DNA of 64,000 nt, taken from Vicugna vicugna. Taxonomy: Eukaryota. Every line of letters starts with the position of its first letter. The first letter of the stretch is position 1. Under the pieces are notes generated by a model. That model was not told where the DNA came from, searched no databases, and worked only from the letters and a program-made list of their open reading frames with translations. The stretch is from assembly GCA_013265495.1 (NCBI GenBank), contig MU057880.1, forward strand, positions 712,527 through 776,526, given 5' to 3'. The position numbers were made by a program, and so were the translations under genes. Below, one piece after another: positions 1 through 11,401 of the stretch.

Positions 1-221
1 TTCCAGAATACTAGTGGTTTAACAGAACTGATAGGATCCTGGTCATGAAATAGGAATGCGCCAAAAGGCTCCAGAAAATACAGGAATGAAAGAGTGAGAC
101 AACCAAATATCAGAGTCTGGGTAACTTCCAACCCTCCACCCACACCCCATCACCCACCCCACTTCTTTAAGTGATGAATCAGTCACCCAGCCCTTGATGG
201 ATGGCACAAGAGCTGGTATTG

Positions 222-733
222 TTTATTTATTTTTTAATTGAAGTAAGTCGGTTTACAATGTGTTAGTTTCTGGTGTATAGCATAGTGGTTCAGTTACACA
301 TTTTATATATATTCTTTACCAATATAGATTACTACAAGATATTGAATGTAGTTCCTTATGCTGTACAGTAGGATCTTGTTGTTTATCTATTTTGTATATA
401 GTAGTTTGTATCTGCTAATCCCAAATTCCCAATTTATCCCTTCTCACTCCCTTTCCCCTTTGGTAACTGTAAGTTTATTTTCTATGTTTGTGGGTCTGTC
501 TCTGTTTTGTAAATAAGTTCATCTGTGTTTTTTTTTTAGATTCCACATATAAGTGATATCATATGATATTTATCTTTCTCTGTCTGACTTACTTTACTTA
601 GTGTGATCATCTCCAGGTCCATCCATGTTGCTGCAAATGGCATTATGTTATTCTTTTTTATGGCTGGGTAGTATTCCATTGTATAAATAGACCACAACTT
701 CTTTATCCAGTTGTCTGTCAGTGGACATTTAGG
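222..733 (-). mobile_element. young L1 3' end, 5'-truncated
   Basis: T-tail followed by L1 3'UTR and ORF2 end (ccatccatgttgctgcaaatggc); TSD aagagctggt/aagagttggt. Confidence 0.85.
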
Positions 734-970
734 AAGAGTTGGTTTTGATGTTTAAGAGCTGAAGTAGCTCTACAAAAAACTGAAAGTTCCATAGCAAACA
801 TCTCTGCTCTTAAAATCCCCACCACCACCACCACTGTGGATTTTTCCCTGACTGTCTGTGACAGACAGCTTCTAAATGGCCCCAGTGATTCCTACCCCTG
901 ACAGTTGTGTCCTGTGGAATGCCCTACTCTTCAGCATGGGCTAGGTTTAGTGACTGTTCTCACTCAATGT

Positions 971-1050
971 GGGGAGGGTATAGCTCAGTGGTAAAGCATG
1001 TGCTTAGCATGCATTAGCATGCTTAGCATGCCTCCATTAAAAAAAAAAAA
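971..1050 (+). mobile_element. tRNA-Ala-derived camelid SINE (Vic-1-like), rearranged
   Basis: GGGGAGGGTATAGCTCAGTGGT head, TTAGCATGC x3, T-arm missing, A tail. Confidence 0.8.
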
Positions 1051-1100
1051 TCGAATTAATCCTTCAAAAAATTAAAGAAAAACTAATCCTAGTCATTGCA

Positions 1101-1197
1101 TTTTCTTTTTAGAAATTTGTGAATTACTGGTTTTTTTTAACCGAGGGCCTCGTGCACAGTAGGCACGTGCTCTACCAGTGAGCTATACCCACCTCCC
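1101..1197 (-). mobile_element. Vic-1-like SINE, degenerate
   Basis: Reverse complement reads ggtatagctcactggtagagcacgtg...gcacgaggccctcggtt; imperfect TSD tcctagtcatt/tcatagccatt. Confidence 0.75.
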
Positions 1198-2599
1198 TGT
1201 TCATAGCCATTTTAAATAACACTTTCAAATGTTACATTCAAGTTTAATAAAAAGATTAAGTTTAAAAATCCTAATAAAATATATAAGAAGGGAAGTTATT
1301 TTCCCATTGAAGTTTTGCTGAATGGTCTAAAAAGTGAATTTTTTCAAAGAAGTAGATTTTTTTTTTTTCTTGAGACTAAATGCCCATACTCTAAACCAGC
1401 ATATAATCTATTTCAAGTGGAAGGTAACAGCTATTTTTAGATGGTTTGTGGCTCTTTGAGGGTCACTCTCCACACATTTCAGTGATCATTCTACATCACA
1501 ACTGATGATTGGCAAACACTGAGAAGTTATATCTAGTCTTTCAACATCAAAGGTCAGACACTGTGACCAAACCTGGGTTGTAGAGCTGCTGTAATTATGC
1601 CCAGTTTCAGGAAGCTGGATGAAAACGTATCAGTCAGCTTCAGACCTTGGTTCTAAAGTTCCCAGGAGAAACTTTAGAAGAATCTGTGGAAGTACATATA
1701 CCATTCTAGACGACATTTAATTGCTTTTCCCCCTAATAAGTGTAAATATTTATATTCCATTATGAAAATACACTTCCTTGGAAAGGTAAGGAGTGTTGGC
1801 TCCTGGCTGTGCTCTGGGGAGACATTCACCCTCTGCTGCTCTCCAGGTAACTCCCTGCTTCCAGGGTTTTCAAAGGGAGCTGGGAGTTTCTCAGGAAAAG
1901 AGCTCAAAGCAAGTCAGGTGAACTGGATAAGGAATATGAAAAAGGGAGCTGGCTGGAGAGAGGATGTGGATAGAGAAAACTCCGCAGGTGGATTTTTCCA
2001 GGCAGGAGGAAGACTTCAGCGGAGCAAAGAATAAAGGTGGCAGGCGCAGTGCCCTGGATCCAACAAATGACTGGAGGGTTGGAGTAGAGGAGTTTCCAAA
2101 TCACAGGTGCTGCCCCTGCCCCCACCCTGTAGGATGCTCGATAAACAATCAGAAGAGCTATCACTCCAGCTATGCCCACTGGTCTGTCTGCTGTGCATGG
2201 TTCTGTGGGCTGTTCCTCCCCTCTGAGCCTTTCACTAAAGCCTTCCTCTTTGTCCCAAATGCCCTCTCTGCCCACCCCACCCCACAGCCCCCATTCCTTC
2301 CTAGATCCTCGTCATTCTTGGAGACACAGATTGGATATGGCCTCCTCCCTGTCCCCGTGTCTGTGAGCACAAACTAGGTATGAAATGTGTTCTGGGAACC
2401 ATTACTGCCCTTCCTACACTTTACTGTAATTCTCTGTGTGTCTGTTGTCCTTTAGAATATCAGCTCCTTCTTGGAAAAGGGGGAAAAGTTCGATGCCTGG
2501 TAGTAAAATACACAAGAGCTGTGACCAGAAGCGTCATGGAAAATCACGCCAGTAGCTACACAACATAGGGAAAGCTATTCCATCTTGCCAATATAAGAG

Positions 2600-3250
2600 G
2601 CATGTCCATGACTGTGTGACCATTTCTTACTGATCAGAAGTCCAGAAGTGTGACGACACACTCTGTGGGTGAGATTGTGTAGATACAGGCATTCTCGGAC
2701 ATTGCTGATTGGAATACAAAATGGTACAACCCTTATGGGGGGACATTTGGCAATATCAAGCTAATGTATACATGCTTTTACCTTCTGCTCTGGGTATCAC
2801 ACTTCTAGGAATCTATCCCAAAGATGTACTGCAAAATGTATGAGAAAATGTATACTTTGTAGCACTTTTTATAAGAACAAAAAATTGGAAACAGTCCATA
2901 TAACATTAATAGAGGACTAGTTGAATAAAGGCAAGGCGGGTAAACATAAATTAAATTTGCTAGTCTTTTTCTGAGAAAGAGGATATGATTATAAATATAT
3001 AGTTCCCTTTTAGATTTTACAAGTTTTCCTATAATGATAGAGAAATTACAAGATGGAGATGATAAAGATAAAGCTAGACTTCTCTAAATATCCCTTATTT
3101 TAAGCATTTTATTTTGGAACCATGTAAATATTTTACTGAATTAGAAAATAATTTTTTAAATCCCTAGGGAAAAAAAAAAGAAACAAAACAAAATAAATGA
3201 ACCTAAATCCTTATTGAGTTGGTGGAATAATCTCACAGAGAAGAGCTAAC
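2600..3250 (+). mobile_element. old L1 (L1ME-like) 3' fragment
   Basis: Degenerate motifs aaatggtacaaccctt...atttggcaatat...cttctaggaatctatccc. Confidence 0.6.
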
Positions 3251-3739
3251 TCTGATTTTCTCCTCTATTTTCCTTTCCCTCTGGCCTTTTGCCATCAAAA
3301 TCTCTGACCCTAAACTCACCACAGAGTGAAAAGTTTATAACTGTCTCTAAGGCAAGGTGGAAGCCTGTGTTTCCCAGGATGGGTTAATGGGAGGTCCATG
3401 GCCAAAAGCCAAGATCTCCTTTATTTTCTGCTTGTTTTACTAAAGAATTACTTTTCTTTACTCGGGTTCCTCCTTCCCTTCTCTCTCAGCATCATGAAAA
3501 CCACAGTGAGAAACCCAAACAGTCAAGCTCCTGTCTTCACCTAAGTGGTTTCAAACTTGGCTGACTTGGAAAGTGGTGGTTCCAAGGACACAAATAGGGA
3601 ATTTTCAGAGAGAAGCTTTCAGCTGGCATCAGAAAGCCCTCAACTATAGTAATAGGATGAGGTAACCTGAGAAGGAGTAGAAAAGCTTCCGAAACTGCAG
3701 AGGACAGTAGAGAGGTGAAGAAGAATGCCATGCAGGGGC

Positions 3740-4187
3740 AAGGAATAGCGACTTTATTCCAAAAGCCAGCAGGCCAAGAAGATGGAGGACTCGTGTCCCA
3801 AAGAACTGTCTTCCCTGAGTCAGAATTCTGGCTTCCTTTATATCAAAAGGAGAGGGGGTGTGTTTGATGGTTGTAAATTTCTTGGTGCTGGAATTTTCTG
3901 TTCTTGCAGCTGTCCATGTGGGTCAGGTCAAGATGTTCCTACAGACCTCTGACAAGACAAATATTATCCTCTGTTCTGCAACATTTTATCTCTACGTGAA
4001 TGGGAAAGTGTTGCACCCTTAAAGGTCAGAGCCTTGAGGATGGGCTCTCCTGTACATTTCAGGCTCTAGGCAACATTCTTTTACAAAAGTGCAGAACCAG
4101 CAGGACTCAGCATGGGAAACAGAGCCCAGGGTTAGAGGCAATGGGAGCAGATCTAACGTGGAGTCAGGTTTGTTCTTCTCTGTTACA
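3740..4187 (-). mobile_element. ERV1-type solo LTR (one end poorly defined)
   Basis: Minus strand begins TGTAACAGAGAAGAACAAACCTGACTCC; TATA-like element and AATAAA in LTR order. Confidence 0.65.
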
Positions 4188-4687
4188 TGTCTATGCTGTC
4201 TGGTTGCCACAGGTCATGCTCTCCAGAAGTTGGGGGGTTAAGATGGTTATTTGGGGGTCTACACCTGTGAACAGAAAGAGGCTGATGCAGGATTGGGTGG
4301 AGAAAGAAGCAGAACTGTGATGAGGGCTCAACAAAGCCTTGGCTCACCGAGTAAAAAATTGTCCTGCCTTTATCCCCCCACCTCACTTAGTCTCCTGATG
4401 GCGCTGCCTGGAAGGGGCTTGACCTCAGACAGACAGGCAGCTCTCTGCAGCTAAAGCAGACCCCGAAGGAGGTGACAGCTGGAGACTGCCTGCTGATGGT
4501 ATTTCCTGTAGCGGGATGCAAGCCCTTCCTTGAAGAGGGACCTGAGGGGGGAGCACCCCTCTGCTGCTGTGCTAGCAAACCTCTCCAGGGTTAATAGAGG
4601 GTGTTTTTATTGTAATTTCTCTCAACAAACAAAACGCATTACGTTTCAGTAAAGAACCCTATATATTTAAGGTTGACTTAAAAAATT

Positions 4688-5069
4688 ACTACAGAAACAA
4701 TAAAAAGATCGTGGTTTCCAGGGGTTTGGGGAGAGGGAGGGAGGGAGGAATAGATGGAGCACAAGGGATTTTTAGGGTAATGAAATTATTCTGTATGATA
4801 CTATAGTGGTGGCTACAGGTCATTATGCATTTGTCAAAGCCCATAGAATGTACAACATCAAGAGTGAGCCCTAATGTAAGCGATGGACTTTGGTTGATAA
4901 TGTGTCCATGTTGGTTCATTGATTGTACCAAATATGCCACACTGATGAGGGATGTTGAGGGTAGTGGAGTGTTTATGTGTGGGTGGGGAGGGCTATGTGG
5001 GAACTCTATTTTCTGCTCAATTCTGTTGTGAACCTGAAATTGCTCTAAAGAAATAAAGTCTATTTAAAA
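4688..5069 (+). mobile_element. L1MC1/2-like 3' end
   Basis: cattatgcatttgtcaaagcccatagaatgtacaaca...aataaagtctatt. Confidence 0.75.
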
Positions 5070-5865
5070 GATTACTATTAGAATTTGTATTCCATGGATT
5101 ATCAGGTAGTCAATAGTGTATTTCTGGGCAGGCTGGAATTAGCTGTTCATTCACTCATCCCACAAACATTTCTTAAATATCTCTTGCATGGCCATCTCTG
5201 GAAACTGAAAGATGAATAAAGATGCTTTTTACATGAACTGGGAGTTGGACTCTAGCAGGGAGGCAGACAAAACAAGACACCAATTTGTTTAGAACGATAG
5301 AAGGTAAGGGGCAGGAAAGAGATGGTGCTCAGCTGGTTCACACAGGAACATTACTGGAAGAGCAAATTGAATGTGTAAAGGCACAAAGGAACGAAAGAGC
5401 ATCACACATCATGGGAACCACAGGCAGACAAGACCGAGGCATAGATTGTGTCTAAGGAAGTATTGAAATATGGGGCTGGGATGGAACACATGTATGATGA
5501 TCTTTTTCATTTATTAATATAATTTTTATTATATATATGTATACATATAAGAATAATTTATCTAGCTGGAGTTTCTCAGATACCTTTAACCGTGGTCTGT
5601 GTTTTTTGTTTGGTTGGTTCTCGCAGTCACACTGCTCTGCCGGACAATCTCTGGGAAATGTTGAAAGCCTGTGTTGCTGGCGGCTCCCAGGTCGTCTGTG
5701 ACAGAAGGCTGCTCTGCAGGCCTGTTCTTGACTTGATATTGACAGATAAGGACAAGCCCTTATTGGATGCGGGTCCTGGGAATGCGGCAGCTCTGTGGCT
5801 CTGTTCCCGGAGGATGGAATGCTGAGCTGTGTTAGAAGGAACACCCTGCCTTCCTGTCATAAAGA

Positions 5866-5877
5866 GTCCTTAGCAAC
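5866..5877 (+). promoter_or_regulatory. RFX X-box-like site (GTCCTTAGCAAC) in the SPMIP2 promoter
   Basis: Contains the RGYAAC half-site about 105 bp upstream of the ATG, at the edge of the CpG-rich 5870-6220 patch. RFX factors are established drivers of cilia/flagella genes. Confidence 0.6.
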
Positions 5878-6220
5878 CGCCTAGTTCGGGTCACAGACAG
5901 GAGGGGAGAGACGGCAGAGTCGCTGGCTCGTCCTGAAGAAGCTGAGAAAGAAAGTCCAGCCGCCCAGTGAGGACCTCGGCCATGCCGGGCGCATCCGCTC
6001 GAGAGCCGGCGTCCGCCACGGTGGGGAAGCGGATGGTTTTCACAGGTAAAGGGCTTGTGTGCGTCTTTCACGAGGAGCTCTAACCTTTCTTTCACACCCC
6101 TCACCTGTATGGGACTCACGTGATAACGAACGCGAGCGTGATAACACACCTGTTGATTTTATACGACTCCGCTGCGCTTACGACGCACACGGTTCACACC
6201 GCGCTGCCCTGAACGGGTCT
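5870..6220. promoter_or_regulatory. small CpG-rich promoter/first-exon region
   Basis: Dense CpGs around exon 1 relative to AT-rich flanks; palindromic E-box TCACGTGA at 6116-6123. Confidence 0.6.
5982..6045 (+). CDS. SPMIP2: SPMIP2/C4orf45 coding exon 1 (MPGASAREPASATVGKRMVFT-G)
   Basis: ATG in gccATG context within a CpG-rich patch; exon ends at donor CAG|GTAAAG (phase 1). The peptide matches the recalled human C4orf45 N-terminus (...TTVGKQMIFTG) and joins exon 2 in frame. Confidence 0.9.
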
Positions 6221-6504
6221 CTGGCATCCTTGTTCTCACCCTATCTGAGCTAACTGCCACAAGGGGACATTTTTGTGTCATAGAGGTTGTGTTTTGTGTA
6301 ATGGGGGCAACTCTGATGTTAATACAAATCATCGTTTGGGTCAGATTTTAACTATTACTGATTTAAGTTTCTTGTATCTTTATAAACTTGATGTATTTGG
6401 TGATAAAACTTTGAGCGGGGTGTGTAATGAGCTTTAGTGAAATTGTTGACTGGAGTCTTGCTCCTTCAACTTGCTTTACATGATTTGGGCGGGATGTGTG
6501 TGTG

Positions 6505-6594
6505 GAATTATACGCATGGATAACCGAATCACTTTGCCATATATCTGAAACTAACACAACATTGTAAATCAACTAGACTTTGATTAAAAAAAAA
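6505..6594 (+). mobile_element. very short young L1 3' end
   Basis: gaatcactttgc...acattgtaaatcaacta followed by an A tail. Confidence 0.75.
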
Positions 6595-6719
6595 CTATAG
6601 TTATATAGAATATGGCTAATCATGATGCCTGTAAGAAATAAATCAAGTTTTATCTTATTTCCTCTATATTTTAAAATCATAAGCGTATTTTTAAGCATGC
6701 CGCTTGCTTATCTGCAAGT

Positions 6720-8170
6720 TCCCACCCCAATCATGAGTAGCTCAGGTGCCACTATTTGCCACCCATTTCTTTAAGGGTTAATTCCAGTGCGTGTGTATAT
6801 GAGTATCAGAATTCCTCACCGGTGCTCCATGGGAAAACCTTACCAGCTAGAGTACAGTGCTTCCTGGCCGTTCCTTTGGCCTTAGACTTATGGTCTCTGT
6901 TCGCTTCCAAAGTGACTTAGGTCCCCCACCCCCTTCAGTGTGGCTGTTCCATACATTTGTAACACAGTTAGATTTTCTTGTCATCCTCTGAATTCTGTCC
7001 TGGAATCCCCCAAACTCCTAAATGATTTTTTAAAATTTTGCATACATCAAAGTTTGCTCTTTGTACTAAAAAGTCTGTAGGTTTCAAAAACTTCGTGAGT
7101 ACATATATATCTGCCATTACGGTATCACACAGAATAGCTTCACCCCTCTACACATCCCTGTGCTTCACCTATGTTCCCCCCAACCCCCGAGCCCCACCGC
7201 CGCCCTTCTCTCCCTGGGCTCCTGGCCACACCCCCTCTGTGGTTTTGCCTTTTCCTTAATGTCCTAGAGCTGGGACCACACAGTGTGCAGCCTTTTCAGA
7301 CTGGCTGCGTTCACTTGTCAATATGCATTTAAGGTTCCTCCATGTCTTTTCATGGCTTGAGAGCTCATTTATTTTTATCCCTGGATAACCTTCCGTCATA
7401 TGGTTGTACCACGATTTGTCTATCCACTCACCTGTTGACACCTTGGTGTTTTACAGTTTGGGGCAATTCTGCAAAAAACTTCTATAAAGCTTTTATGTGG
7501 ATATGTTTTCAAATCAATTTGGTAAGCTAGCAATGGGATTGCTGGTTCACATGGTAAGTCTCTGTTTAGCTTTCTGAGAAACTGCCATATTGTCTTCCAA
7601 AGCAGCTGTATCATTTTTTATTCCCATCAGCAATGAGGATACCTGTTGCTCTGCATCCTTGTCAGTGTCTGGTATAGTTTGCGGTTTGACCTTTAGCCAT
7701 CCCAACTGTCTGTAGTTACATCTCACTGTTTTAATGCATTACTCCCTACTGTCCAGTGACCATATACTTAATTGCCATCTGTATACGTTCTTTGATGAGA
7801 TGTCTGTTCATAACGTTTGCCTGTTTTATTTGGGGGGTTTTTTTGGTTGTTGTTTTCTTGTTGAGTTTTGACAGTTCTGTATAAATTTTAGATACAAGTC
7901 CTTTATCAGATCAGTGTGTTGCAAATATTTTCTCCTGGTTTGCACTTGTCTCTTCGTTTTCTTAGCATTGTCTTTCCTAGAACAGAAGTTTTCGTTTAAA
8001 TGGAGCACAACTCATCAATTCTTTTTTCTTTTATGGATCATGCTTTTGATGCTGTATCTTAGGATTCATCACTAAACCCAAGGTCACCTAGGTTTTCTCT
8101 TTGTCTTCTTCTGAAAGTTTTACCATTTTGTGTTTTCATTTAGATCTGTGATCCATTTCAGTGTGACTTT
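6720..8170 (-). mobile_element. older L1 (L1MB/MC/MD-like) 3'UTR plus ORF2 end
   Basis: atatgcatttaaggttcctccatgtcttttcatggcttga; ORF2-like WKTIWQFLRKLN..LPCEPAIPLL in ORF 7420-7614. Confidence 0.75.
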
Positions 8171-8689
8171 TGGGTCTCTTAAACTTTTCATTTCCACCAG
8201 CCAGTGAATTTCCTCTTTGCCTTAAGCCAGTTTGGGTTGGCTTTTCTGTCACTTGTAGCTGCGAAAGAATCTTAATTGATACTTAATTTATATCAGTGTG
8301 CACTCAGTTTAATGTATTTGCATAGCTCAAATTCTTGTCACCTTTGATAAGTTTAAGGTTTTTCAATATATTGGTACATAATAACTTAACATTCTCCTGT
8401 ATTTTATATTTAATTTCCAAATTTTCTCTGTTATAATAAAGCTACAGGAATACTTTTACATAAATTATTTTTCCTTTTCTATTATTGTTTTGTGGTATAT
8501 TTACAAAGAGCAGAATTAGCTGTATCTGTGAAAGATACAGACTCTTATTGAGGCCATGAACTTTGGAGGGCTGTATAAAATACTATGGACAATGTAAAGC
8601 CTGCAAATATTTTTTTAAATCACTTTGGTTTATTTTCAATAATTGGAGAGGTATATATCAATGTTTTCTGGATATGCCTTTTAAAGTTT

Positions 8690-9260
8690 TTGTTATGAAT
8701 ATTTTTACGCCCACCCCACTTGTCACTCATATTCAACAATTTGTCAAAAATGTTCCACATTTGATCACCTATCATTTTTTTCTTTTTCATGTGCTGAGAT
8801 ATTTTAAAGTGAATTCCAGATATCGCATTACCTCATTCCTACACATCTCACTGTGTGTATGTCTTGCGGAGCCACATGGCCATTATCACACCTAACAAAA
8901 CTAACAGTTATCCTTTGACATCGTGCAATGACTAGTCCACGGTAATACTTCCCTAGTTTCCTCTAACATGCGTTTTTACAATCGATTGTGAGACTATGGA
9001 TCACACTAGTTGTGCACGTTGCATTCGGTTGTGTGGTGTCTCTTGGTGTCTTGTGAGCTGGTGCAGTCTTCTTTCCGTCTTGCCATTGGCTTGTTGCAGG
9101 AATGAGGCTGGTTATCCAGTAGAAACACCCAACGAGCTGGCTTTCTCTGCTGCTTTCTTGTCTTTTCATTCCACTTGCACCTTTCTCCTCTGCATTTTCT
9201 GTAAATTGAATTTAGCTCTTGAGGCTCGATTACAGTCAGGTTCACCTCCTTAGGGGAGCT
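8690..9260 (-). mobile_element. old L1 (L1MC4/5-like) 3' fragment
   Basis: cattatcacacctaacaaaa.taaca motif and surrounding 3'UTR similarity. Confidence 0.55.
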
Positions 9261-9707
9261 TGCGTCTGGGATGCTTCCGTGGTCAACACACAACACGCTG
9301 ATTTTTACGCAGATCAGGCAGTACAATTTAAATTCCTCTAAAGCCCATTACTCGGGACCTTTTTAAAATATTGGGACTTAAATCTTTTTCCTCCAGATTT
9401 GGGACTGATTTCAACGGACAGCCCATGCGCTCATAAAAATACTGGCATAAGTGGTTACATTACCCTGGTGAGGCAAACAAAAAGTTGATTTGATGCATAC
9501 TTTACATCAAATATTGTATAGTTGCAATAAAAATGTAGACAATGTTCACTAGTAATAATTAATGTAAAAGCAAGAAAATACCATGAGAAACTATTTTTTA
9601 AAGTTATCTTGAATGCTAATATGTAAAGGAGAAACTAACCAGATTATCGGAGGTTGAGAAATTTTGCAGCAACTTTGAGTATGATTTCAGGGTTTTATAG
9701 GGTTTTA

Positions 9708-9993
9708 CAAACTATGATTGCCAAAGGGGAAAGGAGGGGAGGAATAAATCAGGAGTTTGGGATTAGCAGGTGCACATTACTCTGTATAAAATAAATAAAA
9801 ACAAGGACCTACTGTCGAGCACAGGAAACTGTATTCAGTTTCTTGTAATAAGTTATAATGGAAAAGAATCTGAAAAAATATATATGTATATATCTGTATA
9901 ACAGAATCACTTTGCTGTGCACCTGAAATTAACATTGTAAATCAACTATAGTTCAATAAAATAAAATTTTAAAAAAATAAATAAAATTTAAAA
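9708..9993 (+). mobile_element. young L1 3' end
   Basis: L1 3'UTR with AATAAA and A tail; TSD tagggtttta on both sides. Confidence 0.85.
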
Positions 9994-10507
9994 AGAGTTG
10001 TGTAGGGTTTTAACGTCTAATTAAAGTTTAATATCAAATTTTCCTTTTTTTGCTGTAAGTGTAATGCCACTCTACCACATCATCAATTGCTGTAATTGCT
10101 TTAATTTCAATTTCTCTAATTTCTAGTGAAACTCCATTACTCCGTAGATGATTCACAGTGTATATTTCCTTAGCATACTGTGACTACCTCATTTGACCAC
10201 TCATCAAGTTTTATTTTTCTGTCAAATTTTAATATTTTTCCTTTTAAAATGTATTTTAGAAAAAAAAAGTTTGTTCTAAATTTTTATCGTATCAATTTGA
10301 AGTCCAATTTAACAACTAGAAATTGAATCTCTAAGATCACTAAAGACTTGGCCACAAGCTTCGGAGGGCACAACAATGGACGTGAATAAGGGGTTTCCTG
10401 TTCTCTCAAAGCGCATTATTCCGGTTAGAACGTCACAGTTATCCTGTTACCTGCTTAATCTAAATATTCATCACAGCTGTCCCCAGAGTGAAAGGAAACA
10501 CAAGTCC

Positions 10508-11401
10508 TTTTTTTTTTCTCCTGCAAAAAGCTTTATTGTTTCCATTTGGCCCAAGGCTGGAAAAAAGGCTCCAGGGTAGTTAAAAGGCTGCCTGGCGGAG
10601 GCAGAGAGAGGCTTCAGGCAGAAGCCCTGACACCAGCGGGCCCCCCCAAGGCAGCTGGCCTCCAGAGCCCCTGAGTCGTGCTTGGGGTTGAGCCTTCGGG
10701 AGGGACACCAGCCCAGCCCCCGGGGACCTGCCCACTCGCACAAGAGGGTCAGGTGGTCCACCGCCCGTCTTCTGGATGAGTCTCACCTGCGCATCCAGGA
10801 GGTGCATCTCCAGGAAGTCACGGAGGTGGGGTCTGCAGGCAGAACCCAGGGCAGGCGGACCCGAAAGGGCCTGGTTCAGGTTCTTCCCCAGGACCCCAGT
10901 GGCTTCCGCAGCGTCCTGGGTTTCACCCCACTCGTCCTGGGGTGGCTTCTGCTTGTTCCACAAGAGGGCGCAGTCACCCGCTGGCTTTGCATCTTCAAGA
11001 GATGCTCTTGGCCCTCGCGCTTCTCCTTGGCTGATTTGGGGGAAAGTGGCCCATGCCCTCCAGAGCCACCTGGTCGTGGGTGAAATAGGAGCCCAGAGAG
11101 AGGTAGGTGGAGGGGGCCCACAGGTGCAGGGTGACAGGGCAGGTGAAGGTGGCCTCCACCTGGTGGGGTAATTCTGACCAATCTGGGGGCTCACGGTTGA
11201 TCCATAACAAGGAGCTAAGCTCAAAAGATGGAGCTGGCTGGTCCCGGAGACTGAGGGTGGCAGAGTGGCTGGTTCTGAAGGTTGCACCTGGAAAAAAGGC
11301 TGGAGGGTGGTGGGAGGCTGGAGCAAGGAGGTCCCTGGGTCTGCTCTGTCCAGACACCATGGGAGCTGAAGACACATCCCTGGGACCACCGAGTGCACTG
11401 C
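10508..11401 (-). pseudogene. FTL: processed pseudogene of ferritin light chain (FTL), near full-length mRNA copy, antisense in SPMIP2 intron 1
   Basis: Intronless FTL-like peptides spread across frames (SPQIGQNY, STYLSLGSYF..DQVALEGMGHF, AKEKREG.EHLLKMQ, KPPQDEWGETQDA, KNLNQAL, PHLRDFLE, KHD). Start ATG has become GTG (11194-11192) and there are frameshifts. 5'UTR with decayed IRE, 3'UTR, AATAAA and poly(A) (T-run 10508-10517 on +) are all present. Confidence 0.93.
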
